A stretch of 64,000 bases of DNA from Tubulanus polymorphus (GCF_964204645.1 NC_134025.1:18203101-18267100); one strand, 5' to 3'. Counted from the first letter of the stretch, positions 11,348 to 22,804 are shown. Translations and numbers: made by a program. The notes: generated by a model from the sequence alone, not told the origin.

Positions 11348-14300
11348 ATGGGGGAGAATGAACACCAACTAGAAAACAATAATGTCAATAAAAATCAATA
11401 TTATTGTCAATATTGTAAAAAATACATCGATACATCTAATAAAACACGACATGAAAAAACTGCAAATCATATAAAAAATGTAATAGATTTTGAAACTCCA
11501 GAAAATTCCAATGAAAGAAAAGAACGATTAGAAAATATGAATGTGAATGAAATAAAATGTAAAGTTTGTGATGAATTTATAACAAAAAGGAATTATAATA
11601 GACATCTCGAAACAGAAAAACACCATCAAAATTTGAGAAATAATGTTTTAGGAATAGATTATTTTGATGATAAACCTCAACAAGTAAAAGAATCAACTTC
11701 AAAAACTAAATCCATTTCAAATAAACCTTACATGGAAAATGTTAGAAATTATATTTATTCACTAGAAATAAAAGATACAATTGAAATCTTAGAAACATTA
11801 CATAGTAAAATTGGTCCTGCAGCTATTATATTTAGATTTTTTAAAGGTACAACAATAGAAGATTATAGTAAATTTAATGAAATAATAGAAAAAATACTAG
11901 ATTTGATAACAGATGTTGAATATCCAAAAATTAGTATCTCTGGGAAAGTAAGTTTTATAAAGTCAGAAGAAAAAATGAATTATAATATTCAAACACACTC
12001 TGAAGAAATAATTTCAAAAACACAAATAAAAGAGAAGTTAGAAAAAATATTAAATGAATTTAAACGTCATATTGAAGAAAGATATTTTGAGGGTTCTGGC
12101 TTAACATTGAATGAAATTATATATTTAGATTTAAATGTTTATAATACAAAAAGGAATAAAACATCAAAAAGTAATAAAATGTTTAAAAATGATTCAAACT
12201 TTACAACAGAAAAGGATATGAAAGCATCAAGTTATATCAAATTACCGTTTACAACAAAAGCAGTAATAAATATTCAAAATGAAGATAATAAATGTTTTCT
12301 ATGGTCAATTATTAGTTGTTTACACCAAACAGAAGATATGACACATAGTTTTAGAATAACAAATTACCGGAAATATGAAACATTATATAAAATTGATCAA
12401 TATCCAGTAACTATAAAAATGATTCCTAAAATAGAAAAAGTTAATAATCTAAAAATAAATGTATTCGAATTAATGCAATTACCAAAGACAAAAGGTGAAA
12501 ATATTAAAGATTATACATTGGAAGCTTTATATTTAACAGAATATTATGATGATGAAAATGCTATAGATTTGTTATATTATAAAAAAGATGAAAATGAACA
12601 TTATATGTGGTTAAAACAAATTGATTTATTCTTTAGAACAGAAAGTGATCATCATCGTAAAATTTATCTATGTAGAAAATGTTTATCTAAATTTATGACT
12701 GAGAATACATTATTAAAACATAAAGAATTATGTGATAATAAAGATTTTTGTAAATTAATAATGCCAACAGAAAAAGATTATAAATTGAAATTTACGAATC
12801 ATAAATTTAAAAATATTGTTCCATTTGTAATTTATGGGGATTTTGAATCGTTGAATAAAGAATTAACTGATCAAGATAGAAAAGAAATATATAACAAAAA
12901 GCAATTATTAAAATCAATGGATAAAGGAAATGAATTAAATGAAGACACAATACAAGACCCACCAATTATAAATACAATTAAAAAAGTTCATCAAAGAGCT
13001 GCTGCTTATGGAATTTACATAAAATCAAATTATCCCGAATTATATGAAAGTCAATATATTTCTTTTAGAGGTGAAAATGTAGTTAATGATTTTTGTGATA
13101 AAATTATTGAATTAGAAAGTGATTTTGCAAAATTATTAAACAAAAATAAAAGAATAGTTATGACAAAAGAAGATGAAATTGATTTTAATTATGCAACTCA
13201 TTGTTGTTATTGTGAAAAACGTTTTTATTCATTTGATAAAAGAGTTAGAGATCATAATCATTTAAATTCAAAATATCGTGGAGCTGCTCATGAAGATTGC
13301 AATTTACAAGCTAAAAAAGTAAATTTTGTACCAATATTATTTCATAATTTATCAGGATATGATACCCATCTATTTATAAAACAATTATCAGGAAAATTGG
13401 GTGCAATTAATCAAGAAATAGAAGAATATAATGCTATGAATGAAGCAAATGTAAGAAAATATGATTTTAAACTATTAGCTAAAACATCTGAAAATTATAT
13501 TTCATTTCAATTTGGTTGCATTAGATTTTTAGATTCTTATAGATTTCTAGCAAGTTCATTAGATAATTTATCAAAAAGTTTAGTTGATAATGATTTTGTT
13601 ATAACTCGATATTATTATCCAAATGAACAAGATTTTAAATTATTGAGATATAAAGGCGCAATTCCTTATTCATTTTATAAAACACATGATGATTTTAATG
13701 TAACAGAATTATTAAAAGATCAATTTTATGATAAATTAAAAGAGGAGTATGTGAAAGACGAAGTTTTTGATAGAACATTAAATATTTGGAACCATTTTAA
13801 GATGAAAAATCATGGCGAATTAGTTGATTTATATTTAAAATCAGATGTTATGATATTAGCTGACATATTTGAAAAATTTAGAGAAGTTAATTTGAATCAT
13901 TTTAATGTTGATCCTTGTTATTGCTACTCTAGTCCTGGTTTAACCTGGCAATGTGGTTTAAAATATACAAATGTAGAATTAGATTTATTAAAAGAACCAG
14001 ATATGGTTTTATTATTTGAAAAATCAATTAGAGGTGGAATTAGTGGTGTTATGGGAGATAGGTATTTTAAAGCAAATGATGAATATAAATTATTATATAT
14101 TGACGCCAATAATTTATATGGTTGGGCAATGATGCAACCTCAACCATATAAAAATTTTATATTAACAGAAGTTGAAAATGGTGATAAAACTGATTGGGAA
14201 AGCGCAATTATTAGTTTAAAAGATGAAGCACCAATTGGTTATTTCTTTGTAGTTGATTTAGAATATCCTGAAAATATAAAGTTTAAAACAAGAAACTTAC

Positions 14301-16417
14301 CTTATTGCCCAGAACATTTAACTGTAGATGATAGTTATTTAAGTGAATACCAGAAGAAAATAAAACCGAAAGATCATGTTTTTACAGAAAAATTAATACT
14401 TACTCAAAATAATAAATACAATTATATTGTTCATTATAGAATGTTAAAATTTTATCTAAAACAAGGAATGAAATTAAAGAAAGTACATAGATATATTGAA
14501 TTTAATCAATCGAAGTGGTTAGAAAAATATATAGATTTCAATACTCAACAGAGAACCATATCAAAAACAGATTTTGAAAAAGATTTTTTCAAATTGATGA
14601 ACAATAGTTTTTATGGAAAAACTTGTGAGAATATTCGTAATAGAAACGACATTGAATTAGTAAATAATTCTGAAAGATTAAGACATTTACAATCAAGTCC
14701 TAGACATTTAGGAAATAAAAGATTTGAAGATTATTTAACAGCAGTAAAATTAAAAAGAACGTCAATGAAATTTAATAAACCCATTTTCATTGGTTCAACA
14801 GTTTTAGAAATATCAAAATTATTAATGTATGATTTTTATTATAATGTATTACAACCCTATTTTGGGGAAAAGAATATAGAAATTCTGTACTTCGATTCTA
14901 TAACGGCTGACACCCCAATATTATTAAAATGTAATAATAAAATATTGGTAAGAAGAATTTCAGAAATAATTCCAAAACAAAATGAATGTTATATTTCATA
15001 TGGTGAAAAAGAATTAATACAAATAAATGGATTAATGGATGTTTGGACGAGAAATGGATGGAAAAAATTAAAGAATATTATTAGACATAAAACAAATAAG
15101 AAAATCTATAGAGTTAGAACTAAATTAGGATTTATAGATTGCACCGGAGATCATAGTTTGATTAAACAAAATGGTGATAAAATAAAACCAATTGATATAA
15201 AAATTGGAGATGAATTATTACACAACAGATTTTACCCAAGAATGAATCATATGTCATTTGATGAAATGATTAATAATATTTATAATATAGAACCCGAAAC
15301 ATTGGAAGAAAAAGAATATTTTATCAAAGGATTTTTCATGGGTGATGGTTCAGCAGGTGTGTATAATTATGTTAGTGGAACTAAATATTGTTGGTATTTA
15401 TGCAATCAAGACTTAAAATTATTAGAAAGAATTAAGAAATTCTGTGAAGAAGTTTATCCAAATAAAACATTCAAAATCATAGATGTTATGAAATCATCAG
15501 CAGTTTATAGAATACTTGTAAATAATCCTAAAGATTTTGCTATAGAATATAATGATGAATTCTATATTCATGCAATAGTGAAAAGTAATACTTCGACAAA
15601 AGAAAAGATAGTTCCAGATTATGTATTAAATGCAAAAAATAATTTAAGAAAATGGTTCTTCATTGGATTCTATGCAGCAGATGGTTCAAAAAGTTTCCAA
15701 AACCGCAAAACAATATCCTTTGCTCAAAAAGGAAAAGTTGCTATATCAGGATTAGATATTTTATGTAATTCATTAGGCTTCAATATGAATATTGGATTGA
15801 TTAAATCTAAACCAAATTGCTTTAATTTAAGCCATGTAGAAAATGAGTTAACTGAAGAAGTTAAAGATTTATTTGAAATATATAACCCAACAGATTATGT
15901 TTATGATTTATCAACTGAAGATGGTACATTTAACTGTGGATTTCCATTAATAGCCAAAAATACTGACGCCTACATACTAAAAATCAAGACAAATGACATA
16001 ACAAAAGACTTAAAAACATTAAAACATCATTTTGATTTTAGCAATTATCCTAAAGATCATGAACTATTTAGCAATGATAATAAAAAGATTCCTGGTAAAT
16101 TTAAAGATGAATTAGGAGGTGATGAAATGATTGAATTTGTTGGGATAAGAAGTAAAATGTATAGTTACAGAACAAAAGATCATGAAGCTAAAAAGTTAAA
16201 AGGAATAACAAAACATGTGGTTGATAAACATATAGAATTTCAAGATTATATAAAGTGTTTATATAAATCAATTGTAATGAAACACAAGATGAATTGTTTA
16301 AGATCAGAAGATCATGAGATGTACATTAATGAAGTTGAAAAAACTAGTTTAAATCCATTTGATGATAAAAGGCATATTTCAGATGATGGTATAAAAACAT
16401 TACCTTATGGTTATTAA
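11348..16417 (+). CDS. polB: Protein-primed family B DNA polymerase containing an intein
   Basis: ExoI YGDFES, ExoII FHNLSGYD, ExoIII YLKSDV; EndoVII-like CCYC...RDHNH...AAHEDCN insert; motif A YIDANNLYGWAM, B KLMNNSFYGK, C split YFD|TDA. Confidence 0.97.
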   Translation: MGENEHQLENNNVNKNQYYCQYCKKYIDTSNKTRHEKTANHIKNVIDFETPENSNERKERLENMNVNEIKCKVCDEFITKRNYNRHLETEKHHQNLRNNVLGIDYFDDKPQQVKESTSKTKSISNKPYMENVRNYIYSLEIKDTIEILETLHSKIGPAAIIFRFFKGTTIEDYSKFNEIIEKILDLITDVEYPKISISGKVSFIKSEEKMNYNIQTHSEEIISKTQIKEKLEKILNEFKRHIEERYFEGSGLTLNEIIYLDLNVYNTKRNKTSKSNKMFKNDSNFTTEKDMKASSYIKLPFTTKAVINIQNEDNKCFLWSIISCLHQTEDMTHSFRITNYRKYETLYKIDQYPVTIKMIPKIEKVNNLKINVFELMQLPKTKGENIKDYTLEALYLTEYYDDENAIDLLYYKKDENEHYMWLKQIDLFFRTESDHHRKIYLCRKCLSKFMTENTLLKHKELCDNKDFCKLIMPTEKDYKLKFTNHKFKNIVPFVIYGDFESLNKELTDQDRKEIYNKKQLLKSMDKGNELNEDTIQDPPIINTIKKVHQRAAAYGIYIKSNYPELYESQYISFRGENVVNDFCDKIIELESDFAKLLNKNKRIVMTKEDEIDFNYATHCCYCEKRFYSFDKRVRDHNHLNSKYRGAAHEDCNLQAKKVNFVPILFHNLSGYDTHLFIKQLSGKLGAINQEIEEYNAMNEANVRKYDFKLLAKTSENYISFQFGCIRFLDSYRFLASSLDNLSKSLVDNDFVITRYYYPNEQDFKLLRYKGAIPYSFYKTHDDFNVTELLKDQFYDKLKEEYVKDEVFDRTLNIWNHFKMKNHGELVDLYLKSDVMILADIFEKFREVNLNHFNVDPCYCYSSPGLTWQCGLKYTNVELDLLKEPDMVLLFEKSIRGGISGVMGDRYFKANDEYKLLYIDANNLYGWAMMQPQPYKNFILTEVENGDKTDWESAIISLKDEAPIGYFFVVDLEYPENIKFKTRNLPYCPEHLTVDDSYLSEYQKKIKPKDHVFTEKLILTQNNKYNYIVHYRMLKFYLKQGMKLKKVHRYIEFNQSKWLEKYIDFNTQQRTISKTDFEKDFFKLMNNSFYGKTCENIRNRNDIELVNNSERLRHLQSSPRHLGNKRFEDYLTAVKLKRTSMKFNKPIFIGSTVLEISKLLMYDFYYNVLQPYFGEKNIEILYFDSITADTPILLKCNNKILVRRISEIIPKQNECYISYGEKELIQINGLMDVWTRNGWKKLKNIIRHKTNKKIYRVRTKLGFIDCTGDHSLIKQNGDKIKPIDIKIGDELLHNRFYPRMNHMSFDEMINNIYNIEPETLEEKEYFIKGFFMGDGSAGVYNYVSGTKYCWYLCNQDLKLLERIKKFCEEVYPNKTFKIIDVMKSSAVYRILVNNPKDFAIEYNDEFYIHAIVKSNTSTKEKIVPDYVLNAKNNLRKWFFIGFYAADGSKSFQNRKTISFAQKGKVAISGLDILCNSLGFNMNIGLIKSKPNCFNLSHVENELTEEVKDLFEIYNPTDYVYDLSTEDGTFNCGFPLIAKNTDAYILKIKTNDITKDLKTLKHHFDFSNYPKDHELFSNDNKKIPGKFKDELGGDEMIEFVGIRSKMYSYRTKDHEAKKLKGITKHVVDKHIEFQDYIKCLYKSIVMKHKMNCLRSEDHEMYINEVEKTSLNPFDDKRHISDDGIKTLPYGY
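14897..15961 (+). mobile_element. Intein (355 aa, residues 1184-1538) with LAGLIDADG homing endonuclease
   Basis: Block A SITADTPILL; block B DCTGDHSL; C FIKGFFMGDG; E FFIGFYAADG; F/G YVYDLSTEDGTFNCGFPLIAKN, +1 Thr. Confidence 0.95.
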
Positions 16418-16453
16418 AATGGATCTATATCATCAAACTTCTTCATTTTCATT

Positions 16454-17695
16454 TTATTGTTCAGGTTCTTCTTCCATTCCATTTTTCTCATTTAAATAAA
16501 GTTCTATCTTGTTCCACATTTCATCTCGCTCTCTTTGTTGCTTTTTGTTTGTTAATTCATCAAATGGAATTATAATATCTAGGTTTAAATAATTTACAAT
16601 CTTATTTAAAAAGAATTCATAATTTATTGAATCTGTTATTCTATTTTCCAAATGATACATTAATATTTGTTTAAATATTTTTTTTATATTTTCCATATCT
16701 TCTTCTGTTAATTTAGGTTTTTCATAATAATCGTTAAATAATAAATATAAATACATTTTCTTTTGTTTTGTGTTAAATGTTGGTGGAATAATTGTTTTTA
16801 TAATATCTTTTTTAGTTATTTCACCATTTTTATTTTCTATTATTTTCATTTTTTCAAGCCATTGCATATATTCTGGTGTATGATCTTCTATAGAAAATAT
16901 TTTAAAAATTTCATCTAGATAATTTAATTTTGGTTCTATGAGAAAATCTCTAGTTTTTTCTTCACCCCATAAATTCTTTTGCCATCCACATTCAACACAA
17001 AATAACACAGTACCTTCTTGCCTTAAGGTCGCATAACTACATTGTGGGCATTTTTGTTTATAATTTCTTGGTAATAGATCTTCATTAAGCTCTTGGTATT
17101 TTCTTACGTTTTCTTTATGTTTTATTGTTCTATTATGTAGATTTGAATTACTTGTTGTAATAATCAATTTACAATATTTACAATAATATGTTTTTCTTGT
17201 TAATTCATTATATTGTTTTTCTAACTTTCCAACTGTTTCTTTATTATCTGGTAACGTTTTCTCATATTTTATTTTTTCTAATAAATTATTTTTTCTTTCA
17301 TTGAATTCAGTTTCAAATTTATTAGAAATTTTATCTATATGTGCTTTACGAAATTGATGATTCCCCCAATCTTCTATATTTTCAGGGCTATATTTTACTT
17401 GACAAGGCTCACAGAAATGATCTTTTATATTATCCTTATCATAGAATAAGAAAGGTCTTTTCCAAATAACTTCAGGTTCAACTTCAGCAGAATTACTATC
17501 AACATTAGCCGTTGCGCCATTAATTCTACACTTCTCTGAATGTTTTTTAACATAATTTCTTGAGAATAATTTATTACATTTTGGACAGTTTATTTTAGGG
17601 GGTTTATAATTTTCATCATGTTTTTTCATATGTCGAGCCTTATTACTTTTTCTTAGAAGTTCACCACAAATTTCGCATGCTATCTTCTCATCCAT
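16454..17695 (-). CDS. Multi-Zn-finger protein with a C-terminal VLTF3/A2-like late transcription factor domain
   Basis: CPQC...EGTVLFCVECG ribbon; KLNYLDEIF; PKLTEEDMENIKKIFKQI; SINYEFFLNKI...RDEMWNKI. Confidence 0.7.
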   Translation of the reverse strand: MDEKIACEICGELLRKSNKARHMKKHDENYKPPKINCPKCNKLFSRNYVKKHSEKCRINGATANVDSNSAEVEPEVIWKRPFLFYDKDNIKDHFCEPCQVKYSPENIEDWGNHQFRKAHIDKISNKFETEFNERKNNLLEKIKYEKTLPDNKETVGKLEKQYNELTRKTYYCKYCKLIITTSNSNLHNRTIKHKENVRKYQELNEDLLPRNYKQKCPQCSYATLRQEGTVLFCVECGWQKNLWGEEKTRDFLIEPKLNYLDEIFKIFSIEDHTPEYMQWLEKMKIIENKNGEITKKDIIKTIIPPTFNTKQKKMYLYLLFNDYYEKPKLTEEDMENIKKIFKQILMYHLENRITDSINYEFFLNKIVNYLNLDIIIPFDELTNKKQQRERDEMWNKIELYLNEKNGMEEEPEQ

Positions 17696-17763
17696 TTATT
17701 AAGGAAAAATTTTATTAAAATTAATTTTTAGTGATGAGCGGTAATTTTTTTATGTTATAAATA

Positions 17764-18522
17764 ATGGTAGAATTAAAAGAATACAGAATATTTATTGATT
17801 CTAGAAAACTTACAAATTATAAATCTCATAATTTACTAGTACAATTAGATAGAGATTTCAAGAATTGTGTAGATTTAAAATTAGTTAATATAAGTTTATG
17901 TAATTCTTTTTATAATATATCGGATAAAACTATTGAACATAATACTTTTTTAATTCATATTAGAAGTATAAATAAATGGTTTAATCTATTTCTAAGACCA
18001 GGATTATATAATTTAGAAACATTATCTCAAGAAATTAATCGGAGAGCACGATTAAAACTTAAAAGTGAAGATAAATTTTCAATTAGATTTATAAAAAGCG
18101 ATAGTTCTGATAAAATTAAAATAAAGTTAGATGATGAAAACAAACATGCATTTATGGTAAAAAAACCTATAGCTAAACTGTTAGGAATTGTACCAGATAC
18201 TGTTACAGGAAACGTAGAAGGTATTTCAAATATAATACCTTTTACACACTTTTATATTTATTGCAATTTAATCGAGCCTACAAAAACATTTGAAGCAACT
18301 AAAGATATAACTTGTAATTCTAGTATATTAAATATTTTACCATTGAAGAATGTTAAAGAATTTGGAACGCAAATAAATTATAATTTAACAGAATGTGATT
18401 TCAAACCATGCATTCCTCGTTTTAATAATTTTAGATTAGAAATTAGAAATCATAATGGATACTTAATTGATTTAAATAACTTTCCTGTAATTTATGAATT
18501 AGTTATAAGATGTAAAGAGTAA
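17764..18522 (+). CDS. Minor capsid protein (penton, single jelly roll)
   Basis: IFIDSR, PGLYNLETL, AKLLG, FYIYCNLI, LEIRNHNGYLIDLNNFPVIYELVI pattern typical of polinton pentons. Confidence 0.8.
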   Translation: MVELKEYRIFIDSRKLTNYKSHNLLVQLDRDFKNCVDLKLVNISLCNSFYNISDKTIEHNTFLIHIRSINKWFNLFLRPGLYNLETLSQEINRRARLKLKSEDKFSIRFIKSDSSDKIKIKLDDENKHAFMVKKPIAKLLGIVPDTVTGNVEGISNIIPFTHFYIYCNLIEPTKTFEATKDITCNSSILNILPLKNVKEFGTQINYNLTECDFKPCIPRFNNFRLEIRNHNGYLIDLNNFPVIYELVIRCKE

Positions 18523-18538
18523 TTTTTTCACTATATAA

Positions 18539-18880
18539 ATGAATATAACTGTCGGACCGAGTATATGTTTTGGATTTGATTTTAAACATGGTAAAGAAAT
18601 GAGAATTAAACTAAATGACGTAATTACTGATATAAAAAGTAAATCATTTAACAATGCATCAATGATTGATAAAGAAAAGTATAATATAGAAAAAGTAATT
18701 GATTTAATTAAATCACCTTTAGAATATTATGAATTAAATGAAGATGGAATTATTGATGATATTAAAAACATATTAACCAAAATATATGATAATCATAAAA
18801 CTAGTAATAAAATAAATGTTGAATTAATCATAAATAAGTTAACTAAATATTTTGATGATAGTAATTTTTTTGATAAATAA
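18539..18880 (+). CDS. Hypothetical viral protein, 113 aa
   Basis: TAAATG start; tight packing in the gene array. Confidence 0.65.
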   Translation: MNITVGPSICFGFDFKHGKEMRIKLNDVITDIKSKSFNNASMIDKEKYNIEKVIDLIKSPLEYYELNEDGIIDDIKNILTKIYDNHKTSNKINVELIINKLTKYFDDSNFFDK

Positions 18881-19102
18881 ATGAGTGATAATAAGTGGAT
18901 AATAACTGGATTATATAATGGCGCATTACTATCAGTTGGAACTGTTGGTTATTCAATGGTATTAAAAAAAGTATTCAAAATGGGAAGTGTTAATGTTGAT
19001 AGATTTGATATAAATGATATTTTAAAGTTAACATTAGCAGTTACTTTATCTAATTTAACAATTGATTATTTGGAAAAACAAAAATATATTCCTCCCATAT
19101 AA
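18881..19102 (+). CDS. Small hydrophobic viral protein, 73 aa
   Basis: TAAATG start; two hydrophobic segments. Confidence 0.7.
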   Translation: MSDNKWIITGLYNGALLSVGTVGYSMVLKKVFKMGSVNVDRFDINDILKLTLAVTLSNLTIDYLEKQKYIPPI

Positions 19103-19130
19103 GAAATATGTAATTTTTTTTGCTAAATAA

Positions 19131-19553
19131 ATGGCTTCTGCAATTATAACTATTATAGGATCGGCAATCGTTAACGCTTTAGCATTTACTGGTGGTGGTT
19201 ATTTATTTAAACATATTGATAAAAATAGTTCATTAGGAGAACAAAGAAGACATAACTTAGCGTTAGAGAAATACAATAAAGCTGCAGAAGAATATAGAGA
19301 AAAGAGGCAAAACTATGTGGATTACATCAATAAAGAATTATATGATCAGAAGATTTCACATAGAGATTTTCAATCAGTTGATGATGCAATGAGTTTATAT
19401 AACGCAGTAACAAATAAAGAAAAATTACATCTATACAAACCTAAATTATCAGATTATTATACCCCGAGTAAAGAACAACAGAAATATGAAATAATATGGA
19501 TTTTAGGTGGAACAGTTATTGTTATATTTGTTGCTTATAAGTTTACTAATTAG
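19131..19553 (+). CDS. Membrane-associated viral protein, 140 aa
   Basis: Hydrophobic N-terminus (AIVNALAFTGGGYLF), coiled coil EQRRHNLALEK, C-terminal TM. Confidence 0.8.
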   Translation: MASAIITIIGSAIVNALAFTGGGYLFKHIDKNSSLGEQRRHNLALEKYNKAAEEYREKRQNYVDYINKELYDQKISHRDFQSVDDAMSLYNAVTNKEKLHLYKPKLSDYYTPSKEQQKYEIIWILGGTVIVIFVAYKFTN

Positions 19554-19572
19554 TAATTTTTATTCTAAATAA

Positions 19573-20007
19573 ATGGAAGATAAAGTTGATAATATTGATA
19601 TTATTCCTCATGATATAAATAAAACTAAATTAAAAACATATTTAGAAAAACAAATATTAGAATTTGAAAGTGACTTAAAGATAAAAAAGAAAAAATATTT
19701 AAAAAGTAAAATTATATATTATTTGATTATAAGTGGTTCGGTTACAATTAGTTCTGTAATAACATTTCTAGCAATATTCAGTCCATTAACACCTTTAGCT
19801 ATATCAATTGGTGTATTAGGATTAAGTTCAAGTGTTTTAACCGGTATAAGTTCAAAATTAAATATAAAAAGTAATAAAGAAAAAATTAAAACTAATATAA
19901 AAGAAATTAATAAATTAAAGAACACACTAGATTATATAATGAGTTTAAATGGTCATATAACAGTTGAAGAACAAGATAAATTATTAAAAGAATTAATAAA
20001 TTATTAA
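19573..20007 (+). CDS. Two-TM coiled-coil protein, 144 aa
   Basis: TAAATG start; two hydrophobic helices; decayed homolog ~41120-41255. Confidence 0.75.
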   Translation: MEDKVDNIDIIPHDINKTKLKTYLEKQILEFESDLKIKKKKYLKSKIIYYLIISGSVTISSVITFLAIFSPLTPLAISIGVLGLSSSVLTGISSKLNIKSNKEKIKTNIKEINKLKNTLDYIMSLNGHITVEEQDKLLKELINY

Positions 20008-20023
20008 TTTTTTAATTATATAA

Positions 20024-21349
20024 ATGGTAGATAGTTTTCCAAAAGCTTTCCAATATAATAAATCAATTAAATATAATATTCCAGCAATAGATTTTAATAA
20101 AGATATTACATATAGAAATGAAGTTTTAAATTCATTAATTGATTTATATATTTATGTTACTAAAAGTAATAATTTTCATGTAAAGATGGAAAATATATTT
20201 CATGTGTATACAATTAATTTCAAAAATTTAAATGAGGCAAAACAATGGTTATTAAAATCTAATATGAAGTATTGGCAGAACCAATTAAATTTTGCTGTTT
20301 ATTGCGCAACAACAGGATGTGGAATTAGTTGGAATGATCATTTAAACAAACCAAGTTTACCATTGATGTTATCACTTTTTAGATTTCATACTTATTTTCA
20401 AATAAAATTAATATAAGATGAATTAGAATGTCCTTTACCAGGTTCAATATATTTTAAAGAATTGAATAATGATATTAATTTTTCTAAGTTTTATAAAATA
20501 TGTAATGAATTTGATATTAATTCAAATAAAGATTTTGGAGCAAAAATTGGAACAATGGGTGGATTAGGAATATTGTATACTAAAGAATTTGGAAAAATAA
20601 TAACAAATTCAGATATAAGAACACTAAATTGGAATGAATTACCAAAATATTATAATAATATACAACAACAAAAAATTAATGGTTGGGTTAATTTCATTTT
20701 AGAAAATAGTGAAGGTTTTACTAAAGCTGGTATACAAAGAATAAATCAATCTATTAGAACTTATTTGATATGTATTTTAGGTGCGCAAGTTGAAACAAGA
20801 TCCCCAATAGTTGGAAATGATAACACTTCATTCGATGCACAGAAACAATTCAAAGTATTATTTGAAGATTCCATTCATAATGATAAAAATAGATCTATTC
20901 CAGAAAACATTGTAAGATATCAAAATTATTTAGATAAATCACATATTAGATTAAATTATTGTATAGGCCCTAATCTATTTATTGTTTCTAATGATTTAGT
21001 ATTAAAGATGGGAAATATAATTGGTTATAATAATCTAATTAAAACTGCAACAATAAATAATTCATTTGGATTGAATGATATAAATAAAAAGATAATTACT
21101 GCTCCAAAATTAATGGAAGGTGAAAAAAATAAAAAACATATTCAATCAACTGAAACTAAAACTAATAATATCAAATTAAATAATGATTCTAAAATAAAAG
21201 ATTACAATACATCAGGAAATATAAAAACTGATAATATTCAACATGAAATAATTAAACTAAATGATGTTAATAAATCCCATGAAAATGCTATATTAGCTTT
21301 AACTTGTATAGGAATTGTAATCGGAGGAATATTATATTTTAGATTTTAA
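20024..21349 (+). pseudogene. Conserved viral protein (NQLNFAVYCATTGCG motif, C-terminal TM) with one premature stop
   Basis: ORFs 20024 and 20462 are in frame across TAA 20414-20416; homolog at ~41303-42280 reads through this site. Confidence 0.85.
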
Positions 21350-21364
21350 TTTTTTATTATGTAA

Positions 21365-22804
21365 ATGGATGTAGAAGGAGAAGATTATGAAATGAAAAAC
21401 AGGGGAAATAATAATGATGCCAATACTAACGATGATGATTATATGACTTCTGATACTAATATTGATAATGATAATGATACAACATATAATTCTAATTTAG
21501 CAGATAGTGGTTCTAAAGCCCCATCAACAGAGGAATATATTAGAAGAACTAGATCGAGAATACCTACTGAAAATTTAGACCCAGGTTTAGAAAGAAAAAA
21601 TTTTGAAAATTATGAATTTATGTATGATTTTCAACGTGTATTTAAAGATTCTGGATATAATATAAATAATAGAGGCGCCAGATTTTTAGTAAAAGAATTA
21701 AAGTTTTTAGATGGTGAATAATATTATAGTTTGAAAGAGGATTCGGATTATTATAATAATATCTCTAAAAAAAAAGAAGAAAAAATAATAGCAAAATCAA
21801 CTTTGCTTAAGTTTGACTCATCTAGAATTAAGAGAATAATAAATAGTAATGAAATAGAAGATGTAACACAAGAAGAAATAAATCAAAATAAAAGAGTATT
21901 TAAACATAGAATTAATAAATTATTTGAAACAATCAAAGATAATCCAGAAACAGAAACAACTTCTGAACAGAATATAACTTCCAAAACTAGTAAACTTAAA
22001 TCAAATAAAGTTCCAATTGAAAAACTTTTACCGAATGGATTAATTGATGCAACAGATCAAGAATTAGAAGATTTAGATATATTTTCTGATAAAGCAATTA
22101 GAGAAATTGAAAGTATAAGACTTGCATCTGATAAAATTGCGCATGATAAAAGTATAAGAGATTTAAAAATTAGAACTTTAGAAGATGAATTATTTAAATC
22201 AAGAAAAGAATCGGAACAACTAAAATTAGATAGAGATAATAAAGTTATTGAAGAAATCGAATTTAAAAAAAGAAATGCGGATTTAGAATATAACATAGAA
22301 TTACAAAAAGAAGAAATTAAATTATTATTAAAATCATATAATTTTAATATTAATAGATTAAAAGTTGTTGTTAAAGATTTGTTGATAAAACCAAATTCTG
22401 AAATATCATCGAAAGATAGAATAAAATTATTATTTAAGTTAGAAGGAATCACAATTCTTTCAATTCTAACAGCTGTAACTATGTTATTTACAACAATAGG
22501 TTTAGCAATATCAAATGCTTTGAAATCTACTCCTACTCCCATTAAACCAGATAAACCCCCAGATAATAATAATTTTATACGAGATAAAGTGAAAGATGGT
22601 TTAAAGAAATTAGCAAAATATTTATGGGAACTATCTAAAAAATCTGCTGCAGCATTGCCAGGAGTTATTGCATCAATTGTTGGTTTTATATTGAAATCTG
22701 CAGGAAACATTATTAACTTTGCTGCTGAACATATTATTTTATTTTGAATTACAGTTGTAAGTGCAATTATTTTTGGGCTAGTAAACATGATCAAAAATAA
22801 ATAA
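21365..22804 (+). pseudogene. Acidic N-terminus / coiled-coil / membrane protein with two premature stops
   Basis: ORFs 21365 and 21731 are in frame; homolog 39186-39656 reads DGEYYY through the first stop. Confidence 0.85.

Noticed and set aside
20414-22747. Alternative genetic code or programmed readthrough in the viral genes
   Set aside because: The stops are of mixed type (TAA, TGA), homologous copies have sense codons at two of them, and a frameshift also occurs. This is ordinary decay.
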